Assembly: GCA_951406725.2 (NCBI GenBank)
Contig: OX597814.1
Location: forward strand, 163,618,001 to 163,682,000
DNA from: Octopus vulgaris
Lineage: Eukaryota
Direction of reading: 5' to 3'
DNA: 64,000 bases
The notes below the pieces were generated by a model. The model was not told the origin of the DNA, made no database searches, and saw only the letters and a list, made by a program, of their open reading frames with translations. Below, in pieces: positions 1-12,869 of the stretch. The stretch's first letter is position 1, and the number at the start of each line of letters is the position of its first letter. Position numbers and translations under genes: made by a program.

Positions 1-566
1 CTTTGGAGCCAAACGCTAAACTTATTAAAGATGTAGAGGATGGGTCTTGTCATCGTAGAAAATGAGTCTATCACCATTGAAGGAGTGACTGAAGATAATG
101 TGGATATGTATGAAATTGACAATTAGTTGCCATATGATATAAAGTACGTATTAAATTCTGTATTCATTTTGTCATATATTTTATCATTAAATTACCAATT
201 ATATACCTATTTTCTAGCATCTGGGTGTTTTATTTGATGAGTGGCAACCCTGCTGTTGCCATGGCTTATGCTTATTGTCCAATCCCCATATAGTGCATTA
301 ATATTCCTCGCACTTTCCATTGCTTTGTTGCCTTTATTGAACTCATAAAGCAAACTATACCGAATATGCTCTTTTGTCACTTCCAATATAGCTTTGAAAA
401 AATAACTGCTAAAATCGAACTGCACTCTTCAAAACTTGCACAAAGAATAAGGACAACGTAAAATTACTACCTGCTTTTATAGCAAGTTAATGCAGGTAGT
501 TTATCCCCTTCTGACTTTTAGTTCATGCAATGGAGAAAACCGTATTGTTTATGGGATGACCCAATA
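1..566 (-). mobile_element. Degenerate mariner-type DNA transposon remnant (N-terminal HTH plus terminal repeat)
   Basis: ORF 207-425 (KEHIRYSLLYEFNKGNKAMESARNINALYGD) matches the mariner transposase HTH. Terminus-like TTTATGGGATGACCCAATA at about 548-566 recurs at about 12145-12163. Confidence 0.7.
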
Positions 567-653
567 TAAATCCCTGCATTTATCCATTTGCTAAAATGAT
601 TAGTCACTGAATGAAGGGAGTTAACTCCCTTCTGTAAATTTACGTGCCTAACA

Positions 654-1123
654 TCTGTATATATATATATAAGGCAGGATGTGTGCGTGTATATGTGATT
701 GTAGTTTATACATATCCACAAATTAGCACGCATGTTGCTCAAATTTTAGGAGGACATTTGTCACGAACATAGCTGTATTTTCGTCAAATTATTTTCCCCC
801 AAGGCACCCGCGAATAGCGGTAAATGATTTTGAGTCATAACTTCAATTTTCACAGTGGAGAAATCCACTGTAATGACGCCATTATTGTTGACAAGACATA
901 AGTTAAGTCCCCTTCTAGCGACCGTGTAAAGAGAGGTAGGGAGAGAGAGAGAGAGAGATAACAGATTAAAAAAATTTCTTTTTAGTGAGTGATTGACAGA
1001 CAAAAACAGACAGACAGGTATTGTTATGTATGTATGTATGTGTGAATGGCTTCAGTCACACACACACTCATACGAGCATTTATGCGTACAAAACAGATGC
1101 ATGCAATGTGTGTGTTGACCGTG

Positions 1124-1162
<39 letters not shown>

Positions 1163-1537
1163 CTGAAGTTGTCTGTGTATGGCAGGTTTGGTAGCCTTCA
1201 ACTAACACTATCTCTTCCAAGACCCTGCTGCACAAGTTGACCAAAATTGAGAGTATGATAGAAGAAGGCTTGCTCTTCCTTCCATAGAAGAAAAAATTCA
1301 AATCAGACCATGTTAACACCAAAAATTATTTACATCAGAAAGGTGCTTTTTTTCTATGAAAATCCCTATTTTTTACAATTTTTTTCCTGTTGTGTCACCA
1401 TTTTTCGGTGTATTTCAACCAGAAAAGTGTTCACTTAAAGAGAATAACAAGCTACATATTGCAAAATTTTTACTTTTCAAAAATTCCAAATATAAAGGGT
1501 CGAAACAAACCCGAGCAACGCAGAGCGATACTGCCAG
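654..1537 (+). mobile_element. Non-autonomous Helitron
   Basis: A|TC 5' end. The 3' end AAACCCGAGCAACGCAGAGCGATACTGCCAG|T is nearly identical to the hairpin+CTAG end of the Helitrons at 33590-34619. Confidence 0.65.
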
Positions 1538-1552
1538 TACACGGCTAATAAT

Positions 1553-1660
1553 ACACACACAGAAATGTACATACATACACATCATTATCATCATCATCAC
1601 CACCAAAACACAGAAATGTACATACATACACATCATTATCATCATCATCACCACCAAAAC
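1553..1660. repeat. Tandem duplication of about 54 bp
   Basis: ACACAGAAATGTACATACATACACATCATTATCATCATCATCACCACCAAAA occurs twice in tandem. Confidence 0.85.
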
Positions 1661-2479
1661 CACCTATGTTCACTTCTGTATGCTGTCATGGGTTGAACAG
1701 GTCTCAACATCTCATCATCTGGTACACAGCAAAATACAAAACTGCCATCTTCTATATGTATGATTTTTACAGCAGGATGTTCTTTCCTCCACCAACCACA
1801 TTACAGCATAAACTTCGAGCATAAAAATATTTTATTATGCCACTGTATTAAAAATGTTGCCCCCCAACAAGACTGAAGCAAACTCTGTCCTTTATCTCCT
1901 CTATTCCTTGTTTTTTTTTATAGTTGGATACCCTTCTTACTGTCTCTCATTTTATGACATGAACTGGTTATATTCTATTGTATCACTAGCACTAAAGACA
2001 TTGTCTCCGACAAGTGTCCCCTCTACTTTATATTGCCTCTATTTGCTCCAACCTATCATTAACCATCATATATAATTGCAGTTTTAATTCAGAGTTAACA
2101 CTCTGGCTTGTGGCAGAATCCCCATATCCTCCATGTGATTAGGGCAGAGCTCTTTCCATATTCTGTTGGGATTGTGCAAATTATCCAGCTTTTTTTATAA
2201 CTTGCCTTTACTACTTTGGTGGGAATTAGGGTCTGTGTTTATTCTTGCTTGTAAGGAAAATGGGTATATTGTTGTTTCAGTAATGAAACAGAGAAAAGCT
2301 TTTACAAGAGTAGTTAGCACTTTTGGATAAAAACATAGTATGGATATTACATGTATGGTGATGCAAACAAGAGAAATATGAGTTCTGTGGGTAGGCACTT
2401 TTAATATTTAGTGGAAGCAACAGAGTGACTCAAGGGTCGAGAGTTTCATGCATTGGCTTATCAGTTTCATAAGTGCCTC

Positions 2480-2989
2480 CCGTAAATCCTTGAGTATAAT
2501 CTGCATTTTTTTGCCAAAATTTAAAGGTCAAAATCCCTAGTGCGTACTATATACGAGGTTAAAAACGAAAATTATTTTCAAAGCAATGTCAGAGACTATT
2601 TGCTGTCCAGCAATGTTTATTCCGACGCATTTTGTGATGTCGGGCATGAAAATACCTTAAGGTAAGCCTGAAAGCAATGAGGTTGTAAAAGAATCATCCA
2701 TAACTTGCAATAACTGACATTTATTAAATGTTATTACTGTTATTTCTTTATTTTCTGCAAACAAAATGCACAAAAAAGCTACATGTTTGCATTATGTTAT
2801 ATATACAATAATAATAAAGGACGTTACTGTATACAGTTTTACAAACCAAGGATGTTATATAGACCTCCTTGACTCAAGATAGAGAAGGGGTGCGTATTAT
2901 ACACAAGGTTTAGGCTTTTCAGCGGTACAGCCCCCTAAAAATCCCCTGTGTATTATACTCAAGGGCAGACTATACTTGAGGATTTACGG
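2480..2989. mobile_element. Tc2/pogo-like MITE in a GST intron
   Basis: Terminal inverted repeats CCGTAAATCCTTGAGTATAATCTGC ... GCAGACTATACTTGAGGATTTACGG, followed by TA on the right. Confidence 0.75.
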
Positions 2990-3134
2990 TATGCATTAAA
3001 TTCTTGGCTCTTGAATCATTCTATTGTTTCTACTAAATATTAATAAAAATGTAGTATGGATATTAGATATAAGAAAATGTCTCTGTTACTGCAATAGTTT
3101 AACTTTTGCCTGATTTTTATTGTTTCTTTTTCAG

Positions 3135-3285
3135 TGTGGCCATTTTAAAGTACCTTACGATCAAAAATAATCTAGCTGACCATTGGTACCCAAAAGATTT
3201 CCATACTCAGTTGCGTGTTGATGAATACCTCCACTGGCAACATTTTAACACACGCCTCAATGCTGCTATGGTGTTTCGGAATCTG
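3135..3285 (+). CDS. GSTT: Glutathione S-transferase theta class, internal exon (151 bp)
   Basis: Acceptor ttttcag and donor CTG|gtatga. Encodes (S)VAILKYL...DHWYPKD...RVDEYLHWQH, typical of theta GSTs; length and phase match vertebrate GSTT exon 3. The 5' exons were not found and presumably lie upstream of the window. Confidence 0.9.
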
Positions 3286-3399
3286 GTATGATGTTTTACT
3301 ACTTTTAAAAAACAAAATTTTAAAACCTACAAAACTAAATGATATTTGTACTGTATGTTAAGTATGATCATTCTGGTACTAGATTTTATAGACACTTGA

Positions 3400-3670
3400 G
3401 AAATAAAAGGCAAAGTTGACTTTAACCATGGCAGAATTTGAACTCAGAATGTAATGAGTTGGGAAAAGTATTGCTATGCATTTTCTCTGATGCTCTAACT
3501 ATTCTGCTAGCTTACCTCTTTTAATAATTGTTTCTAATTTAGGCTTAAATCCAGTAATTTTGTAGAGAAGGGGCCAGTCATGTCAGTACTTGACTAGTTC
3601 TTATTTTGATCTTTGCAGTACTTGAACTTAAAAATTAAAGAGCCAGACCAAATATCTCAAGACATCTGTT

Positions 3671-3719
<49 letters not shown>

Positions 3720-4395
3720 CCTTCCTACTAAAGGCGCCAAGCTTGAAATTTTGGGAGAGGAATAGCTGATTGCTTCAACCCTAGTACTTGACTGGTACTT
3801 AATTTATTGACCCTGAAAGGATGAAAGACAAAGTCGACCTTGCTGGAATTTGAACTCAGACATAAAGACAGATGAAATGCCACTAAGCATTTTGCCCAGT
3901 CTGCTAACGATTCTGCAAGCTTGCCACTTTTGTTGATAATAATGGTTTCAAATTTCGCTACAAGTGCAGCAATTTTGGGGAGGGAATGAGTCAATTACTC
4001 TGATCCCAGTGTTCAATTATACTAATTTTTTCAACTCTAAAAGGATGAAAGGCAAAGCTGACCTCAGTGGAATCTAAACTCAGAATGTAATAACGGGCAA
4101 AATACCGCTAAGCATTTCATCCAGTGTGCTAACAGTTCTACCAGTTTGTCACCTTCTCAATGATAATAATAATAATAATAATAATGTCTCTGATAAAAGT
4201 ACAAGGCCAGCAATTTTTTGAGGAGTGGGGTTAAATTGATATCATCAACACCAGTACTTGATTGTTACTTTATTTACAGTGGATGAAAGGCAGAGTCGAT
4301 CTTGGCAAGGCTTGAATTCAGGATGTAAAGAGGTAGAATGAATACTGCAAAGCATTTTTTCAATACTTTAGTGATTCTGCCAGCTCTCCACCTTA
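3400..4395 (-). mobile_element. Cluster of 4-5 decayed tRNA-derived SINEs (Meta/MESC-like core) separated by (AAT)n
   Basis: Repeated core AAAGGATGAAAGGCAAAGTCGACC...GAATTTGAACTCAGAA, shared with about 20 copies in the window. Confidence 0.8.
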
Positions 4396-4601
4396 CTATT
4401 CATAATGTTTTCATATATGGGAGAATTATCTCAACTCTGTAGAAGTGGTGAAATAGGAAGTTGCGTGTGCACACACACACAGACTTTTACACACATATGC
4501 ACATGCAGAACTACATTCATGCACATACATACACAAGCACATGTGTGTATCAGTTACTTTCAAATCAATTTGTAAATAATTTCAATCTATTTTTCTTGCA
4601 G

Positions 4602-4940
4602 CTGCTGGAACCCCAGCTGACAGGGAAACCAATTTCCTGGAAAAGAGTCGAGTTTTTTAAAAATGAATTGGCAACAACTGTTGAACACTTAGACAAAGCT
4701 TTTCTCCAAGACGGACCATATTTAGCTGGTCAGAAAAAAATATCAATCTGTGATATTCTTGGTGCTTGTGAACTGATGCAGCTCAATGCTGTTCATGAAG
4801 AAGCTTGTTATGAAAGTAACAGTAATGTTAACTCTTGGATGCAACGAGTGAAGAAAGATTTGTCCCCGCATTTTGATGAAGCTCACAAAATTGTTTATAG
4901 AGCAAGAGAAGTATTTGGTGAATCTAAAAGTAAGCTATAA
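4602..4940 (+). CDS. GSTT: Glutathione S-transferase theta class, last coding exon
   Basis: Acceptor ttcttgcag, phase 0 and in frame with the previous exon. GST C-domain FLQDGPYLAGQKKISICDILGACELMQ...WMQRVK; stop TAA at 4938-4940. Confidence 0.9.
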   Translation: MLEPQLTGKPISWKRVEFFKNELATTVEHLDKAFLQDGPYLAGQKKISICDILGACELMQLNAVHEEACYESNSNVNSWMQRVKKDLSPHFDEAHKIVYRAREVFGESKSKL

Positions 4941-5020
4941 ATGGTAATAGGAATGTATGTTGCTGTCTTATTCAGTAGTTCCTAAACTATTTTTTAAAAT
5001 CTGTACCTTGCTTTGGAGCA

Positions 5021-5049
5021 AATAAAAATATCAAAGAAATATCAATAAA
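5021..5049 (+). promoter_or_regulatory. Candidate GST polyadenylation signals
   Basis: AATAAA at 5021 and 5044, 80-105 nt after the stop; AT-rich context weakens the call. Confidence 0.4.
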
Positions 5050-5536
5050 AGTTATATTCATATATAAAATTGTATTCTTCGATTTGAAGAAAGTTACTGA
5101 GAACTTATTTTTCATTAAATTAAGATGCTTTCCAAACAAAGAAAATGTCTTGATTTAAAAAAAATTTTTTTGCAAAACATCTTGATTTAAAAAACAAAAA
5201 AAATCAAGACTTTATATATAAAATTTCAGTTTAATTTTTAAATATAATTTTTTATTATTCTTGTGGTACACCTATCTACATCTTGCAGCACCTAAGGGTA
5301 CAATATTCACTGATTCAAAATCTAATCGCCATCAAAATAAATACAATCATTTCAATCCCTTAAAACAATAATGTTTAAAAATAAAATGCATATAATATAA
5401 AGAATGTATGTATATACACACATGCATATACTCAAGTCATGCCATAACTTGCATTATGATCTGTAATTAAAAATATTAATTTCTGCAATGGTGTTCTCAA
5501 TGCTAAATAGTTGTCAATATTAAATGTGTTTGCAAG

Positions 5537-5965
5537 GTGGCAAACTGGCAGAATCATTAGCATGTTGGGAAAAATGCTTTGTAGTATTTTGTCCATCTAT
5601 ATGTTCTGAGTTCAAAAACTGCTGAAGTTGACTTTGCCTTTCATCTTTGCAGGTTGTACTGGGGTTGATGTAACTGACTCGTCCCTTCCCGCAAAATTGT
5701 TGGCCTTGTGCCAAAATTTGAAATCAGTATTAAATGTGTGTGTGTAAGGCGGTGAGCTGGTAGAATCGCCAGCATACTGGACAAAATGCTTAGCAGCATT
5801 TCATCCATCTTTATGTTGCGAGTTCAAATTCTGCTAAGGTTGTCTTTGCCTTTCACCCTTTTAGGGTCAATAAAATAAGTACTAGTTGAGGACTGGGGTC
5901 GATGTAATCAACTAGCCTGCCCCCTCAAAAATTTCAGGCCTTGTTCTTATTAGTAGAAAGGAATA
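5537..5965 (+). mobile_element. Two tandem SINEs (Meta/MESC-like core)
   Basis: GGCGGTGAGCTGG...GAGTTCAAATT...GCCTTTCA head and core, twice. Confidence 0.8.
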
Positions 5966-6044
5966 TTAAATGCATGTGTGCTTGTATATATATATACGTT
6001 TGCACACACACACACACACATTATACAGAAAAAGAAATATTTTG

Positions 6045-6405
6045 AACATAAAAAGCACCACGTGGCCGTTGCCAGCGCCGCCCCGACTGGCCTCCGTGCC
6101 GGTGGCACATAAAAAGCACCATCCGATCGTTGCCATTGCCAGCCTCGCCTGGTCCCCGTGCCGGTGGCACATAAAAAGCACCATCCGTCCGTGGCCGTTT
6201 GCCAGCCCCGTCTGGCACCTGTGCCTGTGGCACGTAAAAAGCACCCACTACACTCATGGAGTGGTTGGCGTTAGGAAGGGCATCCAGCCGTAGAAACATT
6301 GCCAGATCAGACTGGGCCTGGTGCAGCTTTCTGGCTTCTCAGACCCCAGTTGAACCGTCCAACCCATGCTAGCATGGAAAGCAGACGCTAAATGATGATG
6401 ATGAT
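6045..6405 (+). mobile_element. Non-autonomous retroposon with internal TAAAAAGCACC units and a (GAT)n tail
   Basis: Ends GGCGTTAGGAAGGGCATCCAGC...GCATGGAAAGCAGACGCTAAATGATGATG. Homologous copies at about 14650-15060 and 21900-22122. Confidence 0.7.
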
Positions 6406-8099
6406 AGTATAATCATGAGAACAGCAGAAAGATTGAATATCATACCTTTATAAGACAGAAAAAGTTGTCAGCAGATATCCATGGGACATGAACTTGCAGT
6501 GCTCTACCATTAAACTAAACTGACCCCTGATAACAATCACTGTTAAATTAAATGCTGAATATCATAGCTTTGGAATTCAACAACAATTTTATGTATACAA
6601 ACTTTTTGTGATTTTGGAAGCGTTGAATGTGTTTTGTATTATACAGACAAGAAAGTAATATTTCAAATGCAGTATAGCTGAGAACAGCAGAATGTTTGAC
6701 AAAGTTTTCCATCTTCACAGCATACCCAACCAAAGGACATAACTCCTAAACTAATCTCCTGGCCCCTTTTTTGTTCCACCACCTTTTTCACAGCAACCGC
6801 TGACCAGTTGTGCTAATCCACTTCCAACAATGGAGAGCAGTCAGCATATTCCCTTCTATATTGACTAACTCTGATGAGCATAAAGTTATATAATTGGTTT
6901 GTTACCTAACATTCCATTGCATTCTTTACACAAAACCGATTGGTAAGACCAGCTGTGATGGATATTTAATACTATACATTTTGGATAATATACCCACTCT
7001 ACTGACAGATACACGAGTGCATCTTTTCCCTGACTTATGGTCTCTTTGACGATTCATGCATGCATGCACACGCTGCCTGTATGTATGTATATATATATAT
7101 ATATACATATATAAGTAATTAAGATTCAGTTGAATTAGGTACTTAAGTTGAAGCACCAAGTCAGTCCAGTATTATCTGCATAGCTCAAAGTAATAGGATT
7201 TCAGGTAGCAATGCAGTACGACTGTCTCAAGTGGCTCCATTTAATTGAACAATGCAATCATTACATCAATTTTAAATACAACACTATCTTCAGCTGCACA
7301 GATATGGAATTTCAACAGACAAGTTACATTGATATAATTTTTCTTAAATATTTTAACAGAGCAAGAGGATGGAAGAAATTCATGTTGTGGCTATTGTAGC
7401 AGGAATAACTAAGAGAACAGGCTACAATTTATTTATAGAGTGACATGGAACACAGTGGGGGTTTTAGAGTTATAATTCATTTCCAAATATTATCTATTTC
7501 CTTATCATTCAACTATGATAAACGGTTGTACTGCATTTCTACTTGAAATCCTGTTACTTACTTTGATTATATATATACATATAATGTGTGTAGAAATTCC
7601 TGCTTCACTTGTGAAGATACGTAGGCTAGTGGTTAGAGTGTTTGACCCATGATCACTCATGTCCTATGGACATCTTGAGTCTCTTGTGTCTGTGAATGAT
7701 ATCAATATAAAACAAACTAGGAGACAGTTGATTCATCATTCAGGAGCAAGTTTTATCCAAACAGTATATGTACACCCAATTTCACTCTTTGGTCAACAAG
7801 AGAGAAAACACTTATGCAAGATGTCATGTAGAGATTGAACCAGGAACCTCATGGTAGTGATGTAAAATTTTATGCTATGTATGAAATAAAATACTGATAT
7901 CATTAGTGAATATGCTACATTATTTCTATCTTGAACTTAGAAATTTTGCTTTCATTTTCAACAAACCTAGGTCTTTTACAAGATTATTTGATTCATCCTG
8001 ATAATGTTTATGTAGCTGATAGATTCACATAAAGTCTGATGGACAGTCTTCATGCTTCTTGCTTTCTGAATCCACAATGAGAACTCTAGTGATATGTGA

Positions 8100-9680
8100 G
8101 ACTGCCATAAAGCTGAGAATAAATTGGGATATTTGGAGTATATCCATTTGGGAAGCAGAGAGTATGCCTGCAGACTTCTGAGATATCACAATAATTACAC
8201 TCTACAAGAACGAAAGAGCCAAATCAGACTGGAAATTACAGGGGCATTTCCCTGCTTTCCAATACTGGAAAAATCCTGGTCCACATTCTCTTCAACAAGC
8301 TCATCACTAGTGTCTCTGAGAACAACTTGTCTGAAGCTCAGTAGACGTGGTATTTACTGTGTCAAGGAGAAATGCATTGAACAATGGGTAGATTTGTACT
8401 CTGTGTTCATAGACCCGACCAAAGCTTTTGACACAGTCAATAGAGAAGCTTTGTGGACCATCCTAACCAAGCTGGGCTGCCCACACAAGTTCACCACATT
8501 GATAAGACTCTTTTATGACATTATTACTGGTCAAGTTCTTTGCAATGGTGACTCAGTAACTCTTTCAACATTTCCAATAGCATGAAACAGGCCGCTGTCT
8601 TGTTCAACTTGTTCTTCCCACTTGTACTGCCTTACACATTGAAAGATCTAGACCTGGGTATATACATCAAATATCTCTCAGACTTCTCTGTTTTTGACCT
8701 CTGCCAACTCTCTGCACATACCAAGATGGCGGAAAAGCTTATAACTGAAGCCCTATTTGTAGATGACTGTGCCCTTATGGCACACAAGGAAAATCACCAG
8801 CAGACTATTGCTGATCACTTTGCAGAAGCATCAAGGCCCTTTCGACTGATCATCAGCCTTGAGAAAACACAGGTCCTAGTCTAAGCAGCCCCAGAAACAG
8901 TTCACCCCCAGCCAAACATCAATCAAGGAGTTCAGATTAAGTGTGTGGAGAGTTTCAGGTGCTTTGGCAGCTGATGAATCATTGGACAATGAACTATTAT
9001 CCAGAATCCTCAAGGCTAGCCAAGCACTTGGAAGACTGAAAGTGGAGGTCCTCCAGCATAAAGGCGAAAGTCTATTGACAATGCTCAAGATCTACAAGGC
9101 TGTAGTAGTTTTTACACTATGCTATGGCTGTCAAACATGGACCCCATACTGTCAGCACATTGAACAGCTGGAACAATTTCACACAAGGGCACAGTGGAGG
9201 ATTCACTGACAGGACAGTGTAACAAACCAACAAGCATTGAGTCAATGCTGCTGAAGGCTCACTTATGCTGGACTGGCAATGTCATCAGAATGACTGTCAA
9301 CTGTGTACCCAGACAGCTGTTGCAGGGTGAGCTTGCACAAACATAAAAAAACCTAAACTGAGGTACAAAAACACTCTGAAAAGTAACCTCAAATGGAGTG
9401 GTATTAGCCCATGTGAACTCAAAACATCTGTTGCAGACAGATCAGTGTGGAGGTCTCTCACCTCACAATCAGCAGCTGCCTTCGAAGAGGTCCAGTGACA
9501 GTATCTTGATGCTGAAAGAAAAGACATCGCAGAGCAGCATCCACCACAATCCAGTCAACAGGTCATCACTGTGACATCTGTGGGTGCCTGAGTGCCTCCA
9601 GCTTTGGACTGGAGTTACATGCACTCTCATCACTGAGAACACAGACCTTGTCATCATCAGACACCGATGGACTACCTAGA
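8100..9680 (+). mobile_element. Degenerate RTE (BovB-like) LINE, RT and 3' end
   Basis: Frameshifted ORFs with FIDPTKAFDTVNREALW, ALFVDDCAL and KASQALGRL motifs; RTE-like tail. Confidence 0.85.
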
Positions 9681-10642
9681 AAGTGTTCTTTGCTTTCCTT
9701 CTTTTTTTTTTATATATTCCACCCTTTAGAAATGTTGGGGGTCATGTGAAAATAGTTTTTGATGTGCTTTCCATATCATAACTATTATGAAAGGCTTGCA
9801 CTTCTACCAGCCATTTATACACATTTTTAAACACTCTGAACAAATGGAGCTGCAACAAATGGAAGAGGGAGTTCTTTATAAGATTAAGATATTGGGCAAC
9901 CAATGAGATTTCCATATTCAGCAATATTTCAATGGGCTCTTCATAGCTTGTTACAAAAGCAGATTGGTGTTCATGGTGCATAAGATTAACAATTGCAGAA
10001 AGTACTTTCACTGGAAAAATAATATAACTTTTCTCACTAATACAAATTTTGAAAAACCTTTAGCAGCAAAGAACACAGAATAAATAGATTAATAAATTTA
10101 AAATGTTATTTCATAAAAGAATTTTTTAATCATGCAGTTAGTATTTACATTTATTTAAATAGAAGAAGCTAAACTAGAAATATTTTGTAAAATCTGCAAT
10201 CATCAGTAAGCATACATATATATATAAATATGTATGCATATATACATATTTGTGTACATATGTATGTGTGTGTTTACAACTATAGAAGAGTCAGTTCATG
10301 TTACTAAAAATTTAAAAGTCACTCAAAAGCACACAAGATGGCTGAATTCATTACATCTGCCTCATCCAATGTGGAAAAAGAAAAAACAAAAAAGAAAAAT
10401 AGATTTATACATTGCATTTTTTCTTTGAAACAGATTAAACTAATGTTTTCTAAGTACTTTGGATTTTAGTTTTTCTCGACATATTTATATCATGGTATCT
10501 TCAAAATTTTATGCAACGTTTTTTCAGAATGTGTTTCTCTAATAAATAATCAGTTTTCTTTTTTTTCTTTTTAATTTTCTGTTTCTCTTTCATCAACTAA
10601 TCTTTCTTCTACTGACCTTTTGTGTTGCTTTTAAAGCCACAA

Positions 10643-10858
10643 TCAAAGATAATTTTGATTGATGGAGAGTTTTGTTGATTTTGTCATTTTCATAGTGAAA
10701 TTTACTGGTGAATATCCCATTGTTAGTTGATTTAAAGAAATCACATCTATGTAATCACTGCAGTAGTCTACCAACAAATCTTCGGGAATGTCACCACTGA
10801 TTTCTATCATTACATCAGGGAAATGTTGTTTCAAACTTTCAGCATATTTTTTAGCAAC
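10643..10858 (-). CDS. QPRT: QPRT-like gene, exon 3 (last)
   Basis: Acceptor tttcag|GTT. VAKKYAESLKQHFPDVMIEISGDI...IDVISLNQLT aligns to human LKAQFPSVAVEASGGI...IDVISMGMLT; stop TGA. Confidence 0.88.
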   Translation of the reverse strand, partial: VAKKYAESLKQHFPDVMIEISGDIPEDLLVDYCSDYIDVISLNQLTMGYSPVNFTMKMTKSTKLSINQNYL

Positions 10859-10959
10859 CTGAAACACAAACAAACCAAAAGTCAAAAATAAATCCAAAAT
10901 AGAAATTATATAGTTTCTTGATGTATGTTTACTTTTTATCTTTATCATATTTGTTACAA

Positions 10960-11640
10960 GCTGACAGATGCAAGAACATCAAAGATAGAAAAGGAATTCC
11001 AGAGTCTGACATTCTGAGGAACATGAATTGGACATAGGAGTTCATGTGGGGCCAGGTTGAAGAGACACAATTTGGGTCACCAGTGGAAAGAGTGAGTCAG
11101 GAGTGCTTGAAAAGAAAAGTGATCACTGTAAAATCGCTAATAAAACATAGAGAGGAGATAGTATACTTGTGGGATGCCAACCAGGTGAGTAGCTGGCAGA
11201 ACTGGCAGAAACTTGTGGGATGCCAATCAGGTGAGTAAGGCGGTGAGCTGGCAGAAACGTTAGCACGCCAGGCAAAATGCTAAGCGGTTTTTTGTCTGCC
11301 GCTATGTTCTGAGCTCAAATTCCGCTGAGGTCGACTTTGCCTTTCATCCTTTCGGGGTCGATTAAATAAGTACCAGTTGCGCACTGGGGTCGATATAATC
11401 GACTTAATCCGTTTGTCTGTCTCTGGTTGTCACCTCTGTGTGTGGCCCCTTGTGGACAGTAAAGAAACCAGGTGAGTAGCTCTTTTTCAAGGGTGGAAGT
11501 TGGAGGTGGAGTGAGGGTGAACTAAAATACCTGTATATGTAGCAGCTGCACCATCTCATGCACAGAAACTGCGCTCCATTGTGGATCTTGCCTGAGCTTT
11601 GTGGAGGCTTAGTTGTCATTGGTCCTGAAATGGGTTCTAA
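10960..11640 (-). mobile_element. Old CR1/jockey-like LINE fragment interrupted by a SINE
   Basis: Minus-strand remnant resembling the KAQxRxTMEY RT-thumb motif near 11570-11600; heavily decayed. Confidence 0.4.
11238..11466 (+). mobile_element. SINE (Meta/MESC-like core) with TSD
   Basis: Full head and core; AA(C/T)CAGGTGAGTA on both sides. Confidence 0.85.
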
Positions 11641-12631
11641 AGAGGAAGACTAGTACTCAGTGATGCAGTCATTGTTGCATCAACTCTCCTGATGAAACAG
11701 ACCTCCAACCAAATGCAATTCAATTATGACCATTCATCCCTTTTTATATTAAAACTATATATTCAAACCAAGCACACATCTAAAACCTCTTTTCAGTGCA
11801 ATTATAATTACTTCATTAATTCATTTCATTATCTGTCTGTGTAAAGACAGTTTCGTCTTCCATGTCGTATGTTTAGAGAAAAAAACTTAAGATCCCTTCG
11901 CTCAACCCAACTCTACCCCCTTTCTCCCTATCTTTCATGCTCATTTATTATTGTCCTTTATTCGTTCATTTATCTAATTTTGTCACAGTTTTGCTGACTG
12001 AAAACTGTCAGTTATAGCTCTAGTTTAGAATTCAAATGCCCAATTCTATCTCATTATTATCATAATGTTCTGCGTCATGGGGATTAGAAAAGAACTTTAT
12101 CTTAATTATGAAAAATAAAAGAAGTATAAAAAAAAAGCGCATTATTTATGGGATGACCCAATAGTTATATTTGGAATACCTTTAATTGTATGTCTCCTCA
12201 GTCAGGGCTGACTTGACCTAAGGAACAACAATAACAACTTCATTCAAAGTTATCTTATTTCTGAAAGCATTTCCTATTGCCATAGACTAAGAGGTTAGCT
12301 TGCAACATGTCAAGTCTGTGACCTAGTTCTTATTTCTAATTTCTTTAAATATTTAATTGGAAAAGACATGATTATCTCAGCTTGAATTTCTCTACTTTGC
12401 TATTCCGAAGATGTCATATAGGTATATTCAAAGCTCTGACCTCTCCACTACTTCCCTCCTCTTCCTCTTACACAGATTTAAACCTTAACACCACAAGGCA
12501 CCATTTTCTCTCACCACAGAACTTAAAGTTTGACTGCTGACTACTTGACCATCATTAATTTCAGCATGTTTCCTGATATGCCTCAGTCTTCAGGCCTGCT
12601 TGAGGAGGTGCCTTTCCAGTGGCAGTGGTAA

Positions 12632-12869
12632 ATAATAATAATAATAATAATAAACATTGTGTACAGTGCTCAGGTGCACTACAACTCATTGAAAGTGTAT
12701 ATATAATCAGGTGTAGTTTCGACGGATTTCGGAAAGCATGAGGGCCTTAAAGGATGCAGTGTCATGGCAGTCAACAACTGACGCAGGCAGTTTATTCCAT
12801 GCTTCAGCAACTCTGAGTGTGAAGAAATGTTTCCGAAAGTCATGGGAGCTGTGTTGTTTTCTGACTTTA
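12632..12869 (-). mobile_element. CR1-like LINE 3' fragment with (ATT)n tail
   Basis: Reverse complement of the 3' end seen at 13500-13845. Confidence 0.8.

Noticed and set aside
207-425. SETMAR-like host gene
   Set aside because: Only a decayed mariner HTH next to a TIR; no SET domain or intact catalytic domain.
6040-6260. CRISPR-like repeat-spacer pattern (TAAAAAGCACC units)
   Set aside because: The spacers resemble each other, the context is eukaryotic, there are no cas genes, and it belongs to a dispersed retroposon.
6872-6900. CTGATGA hammerhead core
   Set aside because: No paired stem II followed by GAAA. The same applies to isolated hits near 8971, 11690, 23520 and 24926.
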